Source: Minisyncoccota bacterium (lineage in GTDB: Bacteria; Patescibacteriota; Minisyncoccia; Phycocordibacterales; UBA9973). Taken from it: a stretch of DNA of 64,000 bases. Below are positions 50,558 through 59,610 of the stretch, in pieces (within the stretch, counting starts at the first letter, position 1; each line of letters opens with the position of its first letter). The DNA lies in NCBI GenBank assembly GCA_028718635.1, contig JAQULK010000001.1:316692-380691 (forward strand), written 5' to 3'. The notes under the pieces are model-generated. The model ran no database searches and was not told where the DNA came from. It saw only the letters and a list, made by a program, of their open reading frames with translations. The translations under genes were made by a program, and so were the position numbers.

Positions 50558-51367
50558 ATGAAAAGTAAAAGGATTTCCTATTTAACCAACATAAGCAACG
50601 GCTGGTTCTTAGAGGATGAGTATCTGATTGGGTTACTTCGTGGTATCGGTTACGAAGTAAAAATATGCCATCCTCTGCATCCGGATTACGACACGGATGC
50701 GTTCGTAATTAGAAACGTCTGGCCTTCTCCTTCAGAATACAGGGAGGAGTGGGAGAAAGTTAAAAAGAGAATTGTCGAATCCGGCATCCCGTCGTATAAT
50801 CCTTTGACGGGGAAAGGAGATAATGCCGGCAAAAATTATCTTGTCGAGTTGTACCTGGATGGATATCCAGTCATTCCCTCCATCGACATGGTGGAGTATT
50901 TGGATATCCTCCCTGAACCTGAGACTGGGTTGTATTACATCAAGCCGAAAATCGGCTGTGATGGCTCAGGGGCATGGAAAAGTACTTGCCCATGGCAAAC
51001 AGGGAAGTTGGTTGATGATTCTATAATTCAGCCCTTTCTTAAATTTGTCTCAGAGCCGTCGTTTTTCTTTCTTGACGGCAAGTTCCTTTACGCGATCGAC
51101 ATGCCCAATAGGATTGCGGACACTGATATAGAACTGTACAAGCCGACCCTAAAAGAGTTGTTTTGGGCGGCTCAGTTTGTTCAGTGGAACAATTTATCTT
51201 ACGGTATTCAACGTATCGATGCCGTGAGGACAAAAAGTGGTGAGCTTCTGCTCACCGAAGTAGAAGATATCGAAGAATTTTTGTATCTCTTCAACCTCCC
51301 TCAGAAAAAGAGGGAAGAGATTGCGAACGCACTTCTGCGCTCGATAATTAAGAATTGTTGTCTTTAG
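50558..51367 (+). CDS. Small ATP-grasp-like protein of unknown substrate located inside the polyamine cluster
   Basis: YYIKPKIGCDGSGAWK resembles the ATP-grasp phosphate-binding loop; LLTEVEDIE acidic site. Confidence 0.4.
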   Translation: MKSKRISYLTNISNGWFLEDEYLIGLLRGIGYEVKICHPLHPDYDTDAFVIRNVWPSPSEYREEWEKVKKRIVESGIPSYNPLTGKGDNAGKNYLVELYLDGYPVIPSIDMVEYLDILPEPETGLYYIKPKIGCDGSGAWKSTCPWQTGKLVDDSIIQPFLKFVSEPSFFFLDGKFLYAIDMPNRIADTDIELYKPTLKELFWAAQFVQWNNLSYGIQRIDAVRTKSGELLLTEVEDIEEFLYLFNLPQKKREEIANALLRSIIKNCCL

Positions 51368-51539
51368 TACCCCACACTTGTGTGTGGATGGTGCAGAGCA
51401 ACGTATCATTCACACGCAAGTGAGCAGTAGGATTTTTCCACGCTCACTTGTTTTTATTTTAGGTACAATTTTTATTGACATTAGGGTACTAAGTAGTAAA
51501 CTATTCTTATTATTATTTTATAATTTTTTTTTAAAAAAT

Positions 51540-52790
51540 ATGGCTAGAGTACTTGTAATAGGTTCTGGAAATGTTGGCAGAGTGGGCTTGCATAAAATGG
51601 CTCAATATCCGGAGATTTTTTCTGACATCCATGTAGTCAGCAGGACCACTAAAAATTCGGAAGCGGTCCAGGCTTCAATTTTAAAGAAAACACGCGGGAA
51701 GGTAAAAATAAATATTCACCAAGGAGATGCAGGGGACAAGAAATTCTTACTAGAGCTTTTCAAAAAAGTCAGGCCTGATATTTTAGTGCATTTTGGGCTG
51801 TCTTACGACAATTTAGTCATTATGGATGTATGTTTGGAAATGGGCGTCCACTACATTGACACCTGTTGTTATGAAGATCCAAAAAAATACGGCTTCTCTT
51901 ATAAATTGCAATTGGCCAAAGATAAAGCTTTCAAAGAAAAAGGATTGCTGGCTGTTACTGGTTTAGGTTTTGCTCCGGGAGTTACAAACATTTTTGCCGC
52001 TTATGCGCGAGATTATATTTTTGATAAAATAGACACTATTGACATTATCGACTGTAACGGTGGTTCTAAAGACAAGAAAATTAAATTTGCTCCGAACTTT
52101 AATCCAGAGATTAATTTACGCGAATTAATTTTACCAATTCATTTTTGGGAAAAAGGGAAGTGGCAGAAACGCGGGCGTTTGATAGATGAAGACGCAGCTT
52201 TCTTTGAATTTGATTTTCCAGAGACTGGCAAATTTACGCCATACTTGATGTATCACGAGGAGTTAGAAACTCTAGTCACTCGCATTCCCCATCTAAAAAG
52301 AGCAAGATTTTGGATGACTTTTTCACCAGTCTACCTTTCATATTTGAGAGTGTTGTTTGATGTTGGAATGACTAGAATTGACCAAGTCGAATACAACGGC
52401 TTTCCGGTTATTCCAGTAAAATTTTTGAAAGCGCTCTTGCCTACAGGTGATGATTTTAATAAAGGTTATAAAGGCAAGACCATCGCTGGGGACATTATTT
52501 CTGGAACCAAAGACGGTAAGAAAAAAGTAGTTTACATCTACAATGTTACTGATCATCACAAGGCCTTTTTAGAAACTGGTGGTAATGGGATAGGGTACAA
52601 TACAGCTGTTCCTACAGTTGCTTGCGCCAAACTAATGCTGGAAGGGAAATGGGCAGGTAGTGGAGTAAAAGTTCCTGAGGATAAAACTCTCGATTCAAAA
52701 ATATTTTTGGAAGAAATGTTCAAGCTCGGTTTGCCTTGGGTCGTTAAAAAAATGAAAGATTTACCAGCGCCTTTAAAAAAGAATTATTAA
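51540..52790 (+). CDS. Carboxy(nor)spermidine dehydrogenase (saccharopine-dehydrogenase fold)
   Basis: MARVLVIGSGNVGRVGLHKMAQ Rossmann N-terminus typical of CASDH/CANSDH; length 416 aa. Confidence 0.75.
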   Translation: MARVLVIGSGNVGRVGLHKMAQYPEIFSDIHVVSRTTKNSEAVQASILKKTRGKVKINIHQGDAGDKKFLLELFKKVRPDILVHFGLSYDNLVIMDVCLEMGVHYIDTCCYEDPKKYGFSYKLQLAKDKAFKEKGLLAVTGLGFAPGVTNIFAAYARDYIFDKIDTIDIIDCNGGSKDKKIKFAPNFNPEINLRELILPIHFWEKGKWQKRGRLIDEDAAFFEFDFPETGKFTPYLMYHEELETLVTRIPHLKRARFWMTFSPVYLSYLRVLFDVGMTRIDQVEYNGFPVIPVKFLKALLPTGDDFNKGYKGKTIAGDIISGTKDGKKKVVYIYNVTDHHKAFLETGGNGIGYNTAVPTVACAKLMLEGKWAGSGVKVPEDKTLDSKIFLEEMFKLGLPWVVKKMKDLPAPLKKNY

Positions 52791-52797
52791 TTAACTT

Positions 52798-52911
52798 TGA
52801 ATTACAAAACATAAACTTTTCTTCGGTACGGATTTTTTGAAGCTTAAAAAATCCTGAAGTTCTCGGCTCGTCAGCCTCGAAACCCCTTCGAAAAGTTATG
52901 TTTCATAATTC
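52798..52911 (+). repeat. Family B element, copy B3; ends immediately before the ATG of the decarboxylase gene at 52912
   Basis: Core shared with B1 and B2. Confidence 0.8.
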
Positions 52912-54165
52912 ATGATAAATATCATGTCACATTGCAATCCGGAAGAAAGACAAGTTGAGCCTTGGGTTAACGAAGAAGGTTTTCAAAAATTGAATTTAAA
53001 AAATGTTGAAACTCCTTGCTATATTGTAAGCGAGGGGAATCTTGAGCGTAATTTAAAAATTCTCGAAAAAATACAGAAAGATTTAGGAGTAAAAATTTTA
53101 ATTGCCCTTAAATGCTTTTCGATGTATTCTGTCTTTCCGCTCATAAGAAAATATTTAGCGGGGACAGAAGTGAGTTCAGTAAATGAAGCGCGTCTAGGAT
53201 ATGAAGAATTCGGCAAGGAAAATCATATTTTTTCTCCATCCTACACCGATAAAAATATCAAAGAATATATAAAATACGGCAACCATATATCTTTCAACTC
53301 TTTTTCTCAATGGAACAAGTTCAAAAAAACCATCAAAAATTCCCTCGGTCGTAGCCCTACGGGTGAGACCAAGAAAAAAGTGTCTTGCGGTATCCGAGTA
53401 AATCCAGAACACAGCGAAGGAACCATGCCTATGTATGACCCTTGTGTGCCCCGTTCGCATCTAGGCGTGACTTTAGCGAATTTTGAAACAAATAACATGG
53501 AAGGGATAGAAGGATTGCATTTTCACACTCTTTGTGAAAATGGCGCCGATAAGTTTGCGCGCACTCTGAAAGCTTTTGAAGAAAAGTTTGGAAAATTTTT
53601 AGGAAAGATGAAATGGGTAAATTTCGGAGGCGGGCATCTTCTTACCAATTCCGATTATGACCTTGATTTGCTTTATAAGGTCGTTTCTGATTTTAAAAAA
53701 AGATACCCGCACTTGACGGTCTATTTCGAGCCGGGAGAAGCAGTAGTGATGAATACCGGAGGTCTAGTGGCTTCTGTGATAGACATTTTTAATAACGGAG
53801 TAGATATTGCCGTTCTTGATGTGTCAGCGGCGTGTCATATGCCGGATGTTTTAGAAGTGCCGTATTTGCCGAAAATTGTGGGTGCGAAACCTATAACTGG
53901 TAATTGTAAAATTGAGGGAGAAAAAAATGTTTATAAGCTAGTGGCGCCGACGTGTTTGACTGGAGACGTTATCGGTTTTTATTCTTTTCCTAATAAATTA
54001 AAAATCGGAGACAAGATAATTTTTCTCAATATGGCGATTTATACGATGGTAAAGAATAATACCTTTAATGGAGTCAATTTGCCGAATATCACCAAGATGG
54101 ACAAGAAGGGGAAAATAAAGGTCTTGAAAAGATTTGGGTATGAGGATTTTAAAAGAAGGCTATAG
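52912..54165 (+). CDS. nspC: Carboxy(nor)spermidine decarboxylase (NspC family)
   Basis: TPCYIVSEGNLERNLKIL ... ILIALKCFS ... GGGHLLT pattern of NspC. Confidence 0.78.
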   Translation: MINIMSHCNPEERQVEPWVNEEGFQKLNLKNVETPCYIVSEGNLERNLKILEKIQKDLGVKILIALKCFSMYSVFPLIRKYLAGTEVSSVNEARLGYEEFGKENHIFSPSYTDKNIKEYIKYGNHISFNSFSQWNKFKKTIKNSLGRSPTGETKKKVSCGIRVNPEHSEGTMPMYDPCVPRSHLGVTLANFETNNMEGIEGLHFHTLCENGADKFARTLKAFEEKFGKFLGKMKWVNFGGGHLLTNSDYDLDLLYKVVSDFKKRYPHLTVYFEPGEAVVMNTGGLVASVIDIFNNGVDIAVLDVSAACHMPDVLEVPYLPKIVGAKPITGNCKIEGEKNVYKLVAPTCLTGDVIGFYSFPNKLKIGDKIIFLNMAIYTMVKNNTFNGVNLPNITKMDKKGKIKVLKRFGYEDFKRRL

Positions 54166-54170
54166 AATTT

Positions 54171-54260
54171 TGAATTACGAAACTTGTCGCAGGCGCAGTT
54201 TTATAGAAGCATTGCGCAGGCTGACGAGCCGAGCATAGCAAAAAATCAGCAGATTTTTAT
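54171..54260 (+). repeat. Degenerate/rearranged family B fragment (gaattacgaaac ... ggctgacgagccgag)
   Basis: Shares the left TIR and inverted core with B3. Confidence 0.5.
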
Positions 54261-54358
54261 GTGTGCTGATATAAAACTTGTGCCAAGAAAGAGTTTCGTA
54301 ATTCAAAAGAACTTCTTATTTACTTTTTTGTATTTTGTACTACAATTAGAGTTGGTCC

Positions 54359-54654
54359 TGCATTTGATAGCTACTCTCTGACTTAGGTCAGAGGGAGGAA
54401 AGTCCGAACACATACTCCGACCTCGCGTCGGAGAAGCGTAGCGGGTAACGCCCGTCGTCCGTAAGGACAGAGTTGCGAACAGTGACGAACCGATTTAGTT
54501 CGGGTGAAACGGCAAAATACTTACGTGTGTGCAAGATCGTGCTCCCCGACCCAGGTCGGGGAGAGAATCGCTTGAGCTTGGGAGTAATTTCAGGCCTAGA
54601 TAAATTGCTATCGTCCGACTTCGGTCGGATCACAAAATTCGGCTTATAAATGCA
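54359..54654 (+). ncRNA. rnpB: RNase P RNA (bacterial type A, reduced length) with a compensatory P4 variant
   Basis: GAGGAAAGUCCGAAC paired with ACAAAAUUCGGCUUAUAAA (consensus GUCCGGGC / ACCCGGCUUA; GG->AA compensated by CC->UU); P1 tgcatttgatagc / gcttataaatgca. Confidence 0.75.
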
Positions 54655-54668
54655 AGACCACAAACATG

Positions 54669-54700
54669 AAAAATCCTCTCTAACGAGAGGATTTTTCTAT
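54669..54700 (+). terminator. Rho-independent terminator after rnpB (aaatcctctc-taac-gagaggattt + T tract)
   Basis: 10-bp perfect stem. Confidence 0.75.
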
Positions 54701-54956
54701 TTAATTCATAAAAACTTGCATTTTTTTTGCAAGTATGCTATACTGTTCCTTAGTGAGTGTAAGGTTTTATCTTACATTTTTCGTGAACAACATAAGTGCC
54801 GCAAAAAAACGCCGTAAGGTGTTTTTTTGTTTTGTCTTTTGTTTCAGTTAGGGTTGTCCTCGCTAGGTGCATAACTTGCTATAGTCAATTACATGAAAAG
54901 TAGTATAATTGTACTTGAAGACTTTTGCACTAAACAATTTAAAAGGAGGGAAGGAG

Positions 54957-55151
54957 ATGATTCCTCTACAATTTTGCAAGGGAGGTATTTTGTTACAGTG
55001 TAAATACTGTAACAAAATTTATCGTCTTGGAGAAAGGGTAAAGTTAAGCTTAGCTTTGGAATTAAAAGCTAGAGCTAATGGATGTACTTTCATAGAAGAC
55101 GATTGTGGGTGTAGTAAAGATACTGCCACCCTAATCGCTGTATGGAGGTAA
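54957..55151 (+). CDS. Small Cys-rich protein (64 aa; CKGG..CKYCNKIYRLGERVKL ... C ... CGC) with a strong SD aggaggg
   Basis: SD 6-12 nt upstream; zinc-ribbon-like Cys spacing; terminator downstream. Confidence 0.45.
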   Translation: MIPLQFCKGGILLQCKYCNKIYRLGERVKLSLALELKARANGCTFIEDDCGCSKDTATLIAVWR

Positions 55152-55171
55152 ATCATTCTCAATTTTAGGCA

Positions 55172-55204
55172 AGGAGTTTGCATTTTTGCACGCTCCTTTT
55201 TTTT
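55172..55204 (+). terminator. Rho-independent terminator (aggagtttgca / tgcacgctcct + T8)
   Basis: Hairpin followed by TTTTTTTT. Confidence 0.6.
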
Positions 55205-55256
55205 CATATAAAGAATTCTAATTTGAGTAAATGCAATTTAATAGTACAATAGTTAT

Positions 55257-56177
55257 ATGCAATGGTTTTTCATAGCTTTAGCCGCACCATTTTTATGGGC
55301 TTTAGTAAATGTAGCTGATAAATATTTAGTCACTAGATTTTCTCACAAAGAAGAAGAACGTAGCTCTGGAGGACTGGTTCTTTTTTCTAGTCTTATTGGT
55401 ATTGTTATTTCTTTTTTAATTTGGATTTTTGTTCCAGATGTATTTAATATTCCAATACTGGATAAATTTTTGCTTTTTATTTGTGGTATTTTGACTATTA
55501 TTTGGATTGTTTTTTATTTATTTGCTTTGGAAATAGAAGAGATTTCTAATGTTGTGCCTTGGTTTCTCTCTGTTCCTATTTTTGGATATATATTAGGTTT
55601 TTTCTTTCTCGGGGAAAAGTTAACATTTAGTCAATTTATTGGATCTGGAATAATTTTTTTAGGTTTGATTTTAATTTCTTTGGATTTTAGTAAAGAAAAA
55701 AAATCTTTTAAACATAAGCCTGTATTTTATATGCTTTTTGCGTGCATAGCTGTAGCTATCTCTGGAGTTATTTTTAAATATGTTACGGTAGGAAATAATT
55801 TTTGGATTTCTTCATTTTGGGAATATTTAGGTTTAGGGGTGTCTGGTTTGTTTATTTTTCTATTTATTCCACATTACAGGAAATCTTTTTTGCATATGAA
55901 TAGAACAGGAGGGTATACGATTTTTATCGTAAATACTGTAAGCGAATTTATGTCAATTATTGGCAACCTTTTAACCAGCTATGCATTGCTTTTAGCCCCC
56001 GTTGCTATGGTATTTTTAGTCGGAAGTTTTCAGCCTGCCATTGTGCTTTTTTTAACTATTTTTACTACTAAATTTTTCCCTGAAATTACAAAAGAAAATT
56101 TAGAAAAACGCATGTTATTGCCTAAAATGGTTGCCATTGCGATTATGATTATCGGGAGTGTGATATTGTTTTTGTAA
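55257..56177 (+). CDS. EamA/DMT-family transporter (10 TM)
   Basis: Two repeats of 5 hydrophobic helices. Confidence 0.6.
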   Translation: MQWFFIALAAPFLWALVNVADKYLVTRFSHKEEERSSGGLVLFSSLIGIVISFLIWIFVPDVFNIPILDKFLLFICGILTIIWIVFYLFALEIEEISNVVPWFLSVPIFGYILGFFFLGEKLTFSQFIGSGIIFLGLILISLDFSKEKKSFKHKPVFYMLFACIAVAISGVIFKYVTVGNNFWISSFWEYLGLGVSGLFIFLFIPHYRKSFLHMNRTGGYTIFIVNTVSEFMSIIGNLLTSYALLLAPVAMVFLVGSFQPAIVLFLTIFTTKFFPEITKENLEKRMLLPKMVAIAIMIIGSVILFL

Positions 56178-56182
56178 TAAAT

Positions 56183-56620
56183 ATGAAAACTATAATTAAC
56201 AAATGGCATTCGATTTTAGATATGCCGAAAAAAGATTTTGAATGGCACAAAGCTGATGTTTTGGAAGAGTTGAAAGAATTTGAGGAGACAAGGGGATTGA
56301 TAAACAAATGGAGCGAATTATCAGATATTGCTTATACATATACCAGAGCGCATTGGTCTGGGTATAAAACTATAGAATATCCTTTAAGTAAAATTAGTTT
56401 TTATTTAGGACTTTTATATATGTTTCCTAAATATTCTCTTCGCTGGAAATTTTATAGAGTTTTAGGGCAGAAAATTGATAAAAACGTAAAAATGACCGAG
56501 GTACGTAATCCTAGAAAGACATGGAAATTAAAACATATTGCCTTAAAATATAATCTAGATGAAGAACAATTTATAAATCAAGCAGAAAAATTAATGAAAA
56601 GGTGGGTGTTTTTGAAATAG
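56183..56620 (+). CDS. Hypothetical protein
   Basis: ORF only. Confidence 0.35.
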   Translation: MKTIINKWHSILDMPKKDFEWHKADVLEELKEFEETRGLINKWSELSDIAYTYTRAHWSGYKTIEYPLSKISFYLGLLYMFPKYSLRWKFYRVLGQKIDKNVKMTEVRNPRKTWKLKHIALKYNLDEEQFINQAEKLMKRWVFLK

Positions 56621-56649
56621 AAAGAATCGCTCTTGTTTAAACACCAGAT

Positions 56650-57111
56650 TTATTTCCCCCTTTTTATTTTTGCAGCTAGTTTGGCAAGTTTTACATCATC
56701 AGCTCTTTTGGAATCATGTGAAGAAATATACCCTTCATATTTATCAAAATATTTATTCACTTTTGATTCGATAGGCTTCCATTTTTTTAGGTTTGCAGTT
56801 CCATGCATTGGAAAAAGTTTTGCGTGAACATGATCAACGCCAAAACCTTCGAATACCATAGCGGTCCGACCAACGCCCTTTAATTTTAAATCGAGTAGTT
56901 TTGCGACCTTTTTAGTGGCAAGTAAAAGATCAGTGAGTATTTTGTCCGGTAAATCAAAAGCGTAGCTTGTATAATGAGTTTTTGGAATTACTACAGTAGC
57001 ACCTTCAGTATTTGGAAAAATAGACAAAAAAGCTATATGCTTTTTATCCTCCCAAATTATATGAGCCGGAGCTTCGCCTTTTACAATTTTACAAAATATA
57101 CAATTGTTCAT
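56650..57111 (-). CDS. HIT-family (histidine triad) nucleotide hydrolase
   Basis: CIFCKI N-terminus; HVHAKLFP histidine triad. Confidence 0.85.
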   Translation of the reverse strand: MNNCIFCKIVKGEAPAHIIWEDKKHIAFLSIFPNTEGATVVIPKTHYTSYAFDLPDKILTDLLLATKKVAKLLDLKLKGVGRTAMVFEGFGVDHVHAKLFPMHGTANLKKWKPIESKVNKYFDKYEGYISSHDSKRADDVKLAKLAAKIKRGK

Positions 57112-57243
57112 GTTAAATTTATAGCAAGTTTTTTTGTGAATAGCAAAATATAATGTTATTATCCTCTTATGATAAGCTTATGTACTAACTAGTGTCATTG
57201 TATTGTCTTCGCTAGTCTTAATTAAAAGTAATAATATAAAAAT

Positions 57244-57585
57244 ATGAATATATACAGAATGAAATTAGATCGCGAGCCATTTGAAAAAATAGCAAGTGGT
57301 CAAAAAATAATAGAATCGAGACTTTATGACGAGAAACGCCAATTAATTAAAGTCGGTGATAGTATAGAATTTTATCAGAATGATGATGAAGAGAAAAGAG
57401 TTATAACAAAAGTTAAGTCTTTACATAAATACAAAACATTCAGTGAGTTATTTTCTGCTTTTCCTGTTGAGTATTTTGGGGGGATATCAAAAAAATTTTT
57501 AATTAGGGAAATAAAAAGATTTTATTCAAATGAAGATGAAAAAAAATACGGGGTTGTTGGAATAAAAATAGAGCTTAAAAAATAA
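57244..57585 (+). CDS. Stand-alone ASCH-domain protein
   Basis: FEKIASGQKIIESRLYDEKRQLIKVGDSIEF ASCH pattern. Confidence 0.55.
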   Translation: MNIYRMKLDREPFEKIASGQKIIESRLYDEKRQLIKVGDSIEFYQNDDEEKRVITKVKSLHKYKTFSELFSAFPVEYFGGISKKFLIREIKRFYSNEDEKKYGVVGIKIELKK

Positions 57586-57637
57586 GAAAGGAGTCCAGAC
57601 ATGTGTCAGGACTCCTTCGATTGTTTTGTTTGTTATG

Positions 57638-58990
57638 CTATTTTTTTTGAGTTGGGGTAATATCAAAAACGATGACCCCAAGTTTCTCCTTGTCTTTTGC
57701 GTAGATATTTTTCAATAAATTGAGAACATCTTCACTCGAAGAAGCGTCAGGAGAAATACGTTCGTAAGATTCTTTTGCAAGCATTGCTTCAAAAGTCTGA
57801 TAGTGGCGAACTGCATTTACTCGAACAACACAGCTTGATGTGTGTGTTACCATCCTAATATCTTCACCAGCGTTTATGCGCTTAAGTGAATTATACCCAA
57901 CACGCACCTCAAGAGTTTTTTTACCTGAACTTATAAGATCAAAAAACCTTTTTTTTATTCTCATTGTTTTCATAGTTGTTTCTCCTATATGCAGACTCCA
58001 TTGCTGAGTAATTATGCCTGGGTGGTATGCTGACGGTAATGCTGCATCCAGTTTCCATCCAAGTCTTTGGAGAGAAGTAACTTCATCTGCCGTTGGATTA
58101 ATGTGAATATAAAGTTTGTGTCCGTATGGCACCAGTTGGTAGGGGATATCAATAAGCATGGCTTCAAATGCAACTATGTTCGTCGCAATAAAAGGCATTA
58201 CTTTGATGGGATTTCCCTTTTTAGGTGTTGCACCTGCCACACCTTTCACTCTTCCAGTACTGTCAGTGGCAACATAAATCAATTTGTACTTGGCGTTGAT
58301 ATCAGCTGCGTGCCTACGGCTGTAGCCGTTAAAAAGCGCATTGACCCATTCATCAGTTATTCCTTCAAACGATTCTGGTAGTTTTTCGAGCAACAAGCGC
58401 CCCACTTGTTTTCGAAGTTCTGTATTTGTTTCATCAAATAGTACGACAGAAACATGAAGCTGATCCAGAGAAATAATTTTACTCGTGCTATATAAAGGCT
58501 TATACAGCATGGTTTCAACAACGCCACTCTTATAGTGACTATCTGAACTTCCTGCTCGTATAAATCCTTTGTGAACAAAAAACTGCATCGCTGATTTGTT
58601 TTTTTCTGCTACGGTGCAATATATTTGACGGGAATTTTGACTACGGATGTACTTCTCAGCATATTTTAGAAGTTGGCTACCAATTCCGAATTGACCTTGA
58701 AAGGCAGGGGCAACAATAATAGGGCTTATTTTGTAAGTGGATTGCCTCTTGCCGACTAAGTGAATCATTCCTGCACGTGTGTTATTTGCTTCTATGATGA
58801 ACATACGCTGTTCAAAAGAAAAAAATCCCACATTATCATGGCCACCAGCCATATGAGCATCAAAAATTCTTTTTGCATGAGCACGATGATCTCCACCATA
58901 ATATTGCTCAAGAGAATTATGCATTAGATCAGCGACCCAATCAAAATCATGAATTTGTGCTTCCCTAATCGAGGTGGTAATACTTTTCAT
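57638..58990 (-). CDS. Three-domain protein: GNAT acetyltransferase + second GNAT-like domain + C-terminal ASCH domain
   Basis: GNAT motif A region QGQFGIGSQLLKYAEKYIR; C-terminal FFDLISSGKKTLEVRVGYNSLKRINAGEDI ASCH pattern; SD aaggaga before MKSITTS. Confidence 0.55.
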   Translation of the reverse strand: MKSITTSIREAQIHDFDWVADLMHNSLEQYYGGDHRAHAKRIFDAHMAGGHDNVGFFSFEQRMFIIEANNTRAGMIHLVGKRQSTYKISPIIVAPAFQGQFGIGSQLLKYAEKYIRSQNSRQIYCTVAEKNKSAMQFFVHKGFIRAGSSDSHYKSGVVETMLYKPLYSTSKIISLDQLHVSVVLFDETNTELRKQVGRLLLEKLPESFEGITDEWVNALFNGYSRRHAADINAKYKLIYVATDSTGRVKGVAGATPKKGNPIKVMPFIATNIVAFEAMLIDIPYQLVPYGHKLYIHINPTADEVTSLQRLGWKLDAALPSAYHPGIITQQWSLHIGETTMKTMRIKKRFFDLISSGKKTLEVRVGYNSLKRINAGEDIRMVTHTSSCVVRVNAVRHYQTFEAMLAKESYERISPDASSSEDVLNLLKNIYAKDKEKLGVIVFDITPTQKK

Positions 58991-59232
58991 TTCTTCTCCT
59001 TGCTGAGTTGCTATCCTAATATCAGGATATGCGCAACTCAAATTAAATGATTTGTAAATGTGCAAGCTCATCTGTGATACTTGCGTTGATATACCTTTTC
59101 TACCTCCTTTCTTATTTTGTCGAAGAATTTACATCTATATGAAGTCTAGCCTCCTGTTGCCAAAAGTCAAGCTCGTGGTGTAATAATAATCTTTTTAATT
59201 AATTTAATTAATTATTATGTTATAATGAATCT

Positions 59233-59610
59233 ATGTCTGAAGAAGATAAAAAGAGTGATTGGTTTTTGTGGTTGATTGGCATTAGCTGTCTAGTTGCAAT
59301 TCTTGTATCTTTTTATTTTTTTTATTTTAAAAAAGACTATGACTTTATCGTGGAGGTTGCTTGTGATCCATCTGTGGAGATTTGTTTTCAGCGTGATTGT
59401 TCTAATCCTGACGATTGCCCGCCGAATGAACTCTCAGATTTTAAAAGATTTAGCTTGAAAGCTAGTGATTTCAAAATGTGTGAGAATGAAGACTGCGCCA
59501 ATGCCTGTGAAGCTGGAACAATAAAATGCGAACCCATAGAATGTGAAGAAGATGAAGAAATGGGGGAGTCTTGTAGTGTGTTAGAATTACCGGTTGCTGA
59601 AGAAGAATAA
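59233..59610 (+). CDS. Membrane-anchored acidic Cys-rich protein
   Basis: One TM, then 12 Cys in about 90 aa. Confidence 0.4.
   Translation: MSEEDKKSDWFLWLIGISCLVAILVSFYFFYFKKDYDFIVEVACDPSVEICFQRDCSNPDDCPPNELSDFKRFSLKASDFKMCENEDCANACEAGTIKCEPIECEEDEEMGESCSVLELPVAEEE

Noticed and set aside
54388-54663. ORF 54388..54663 (minus, 91 aa)
   Set aside because: It is entirely overlapped by the RNase P RNA gene. The RNA signature (GGAAAGUCCG ... UUCGGCUUA) and terminator explain the region better.
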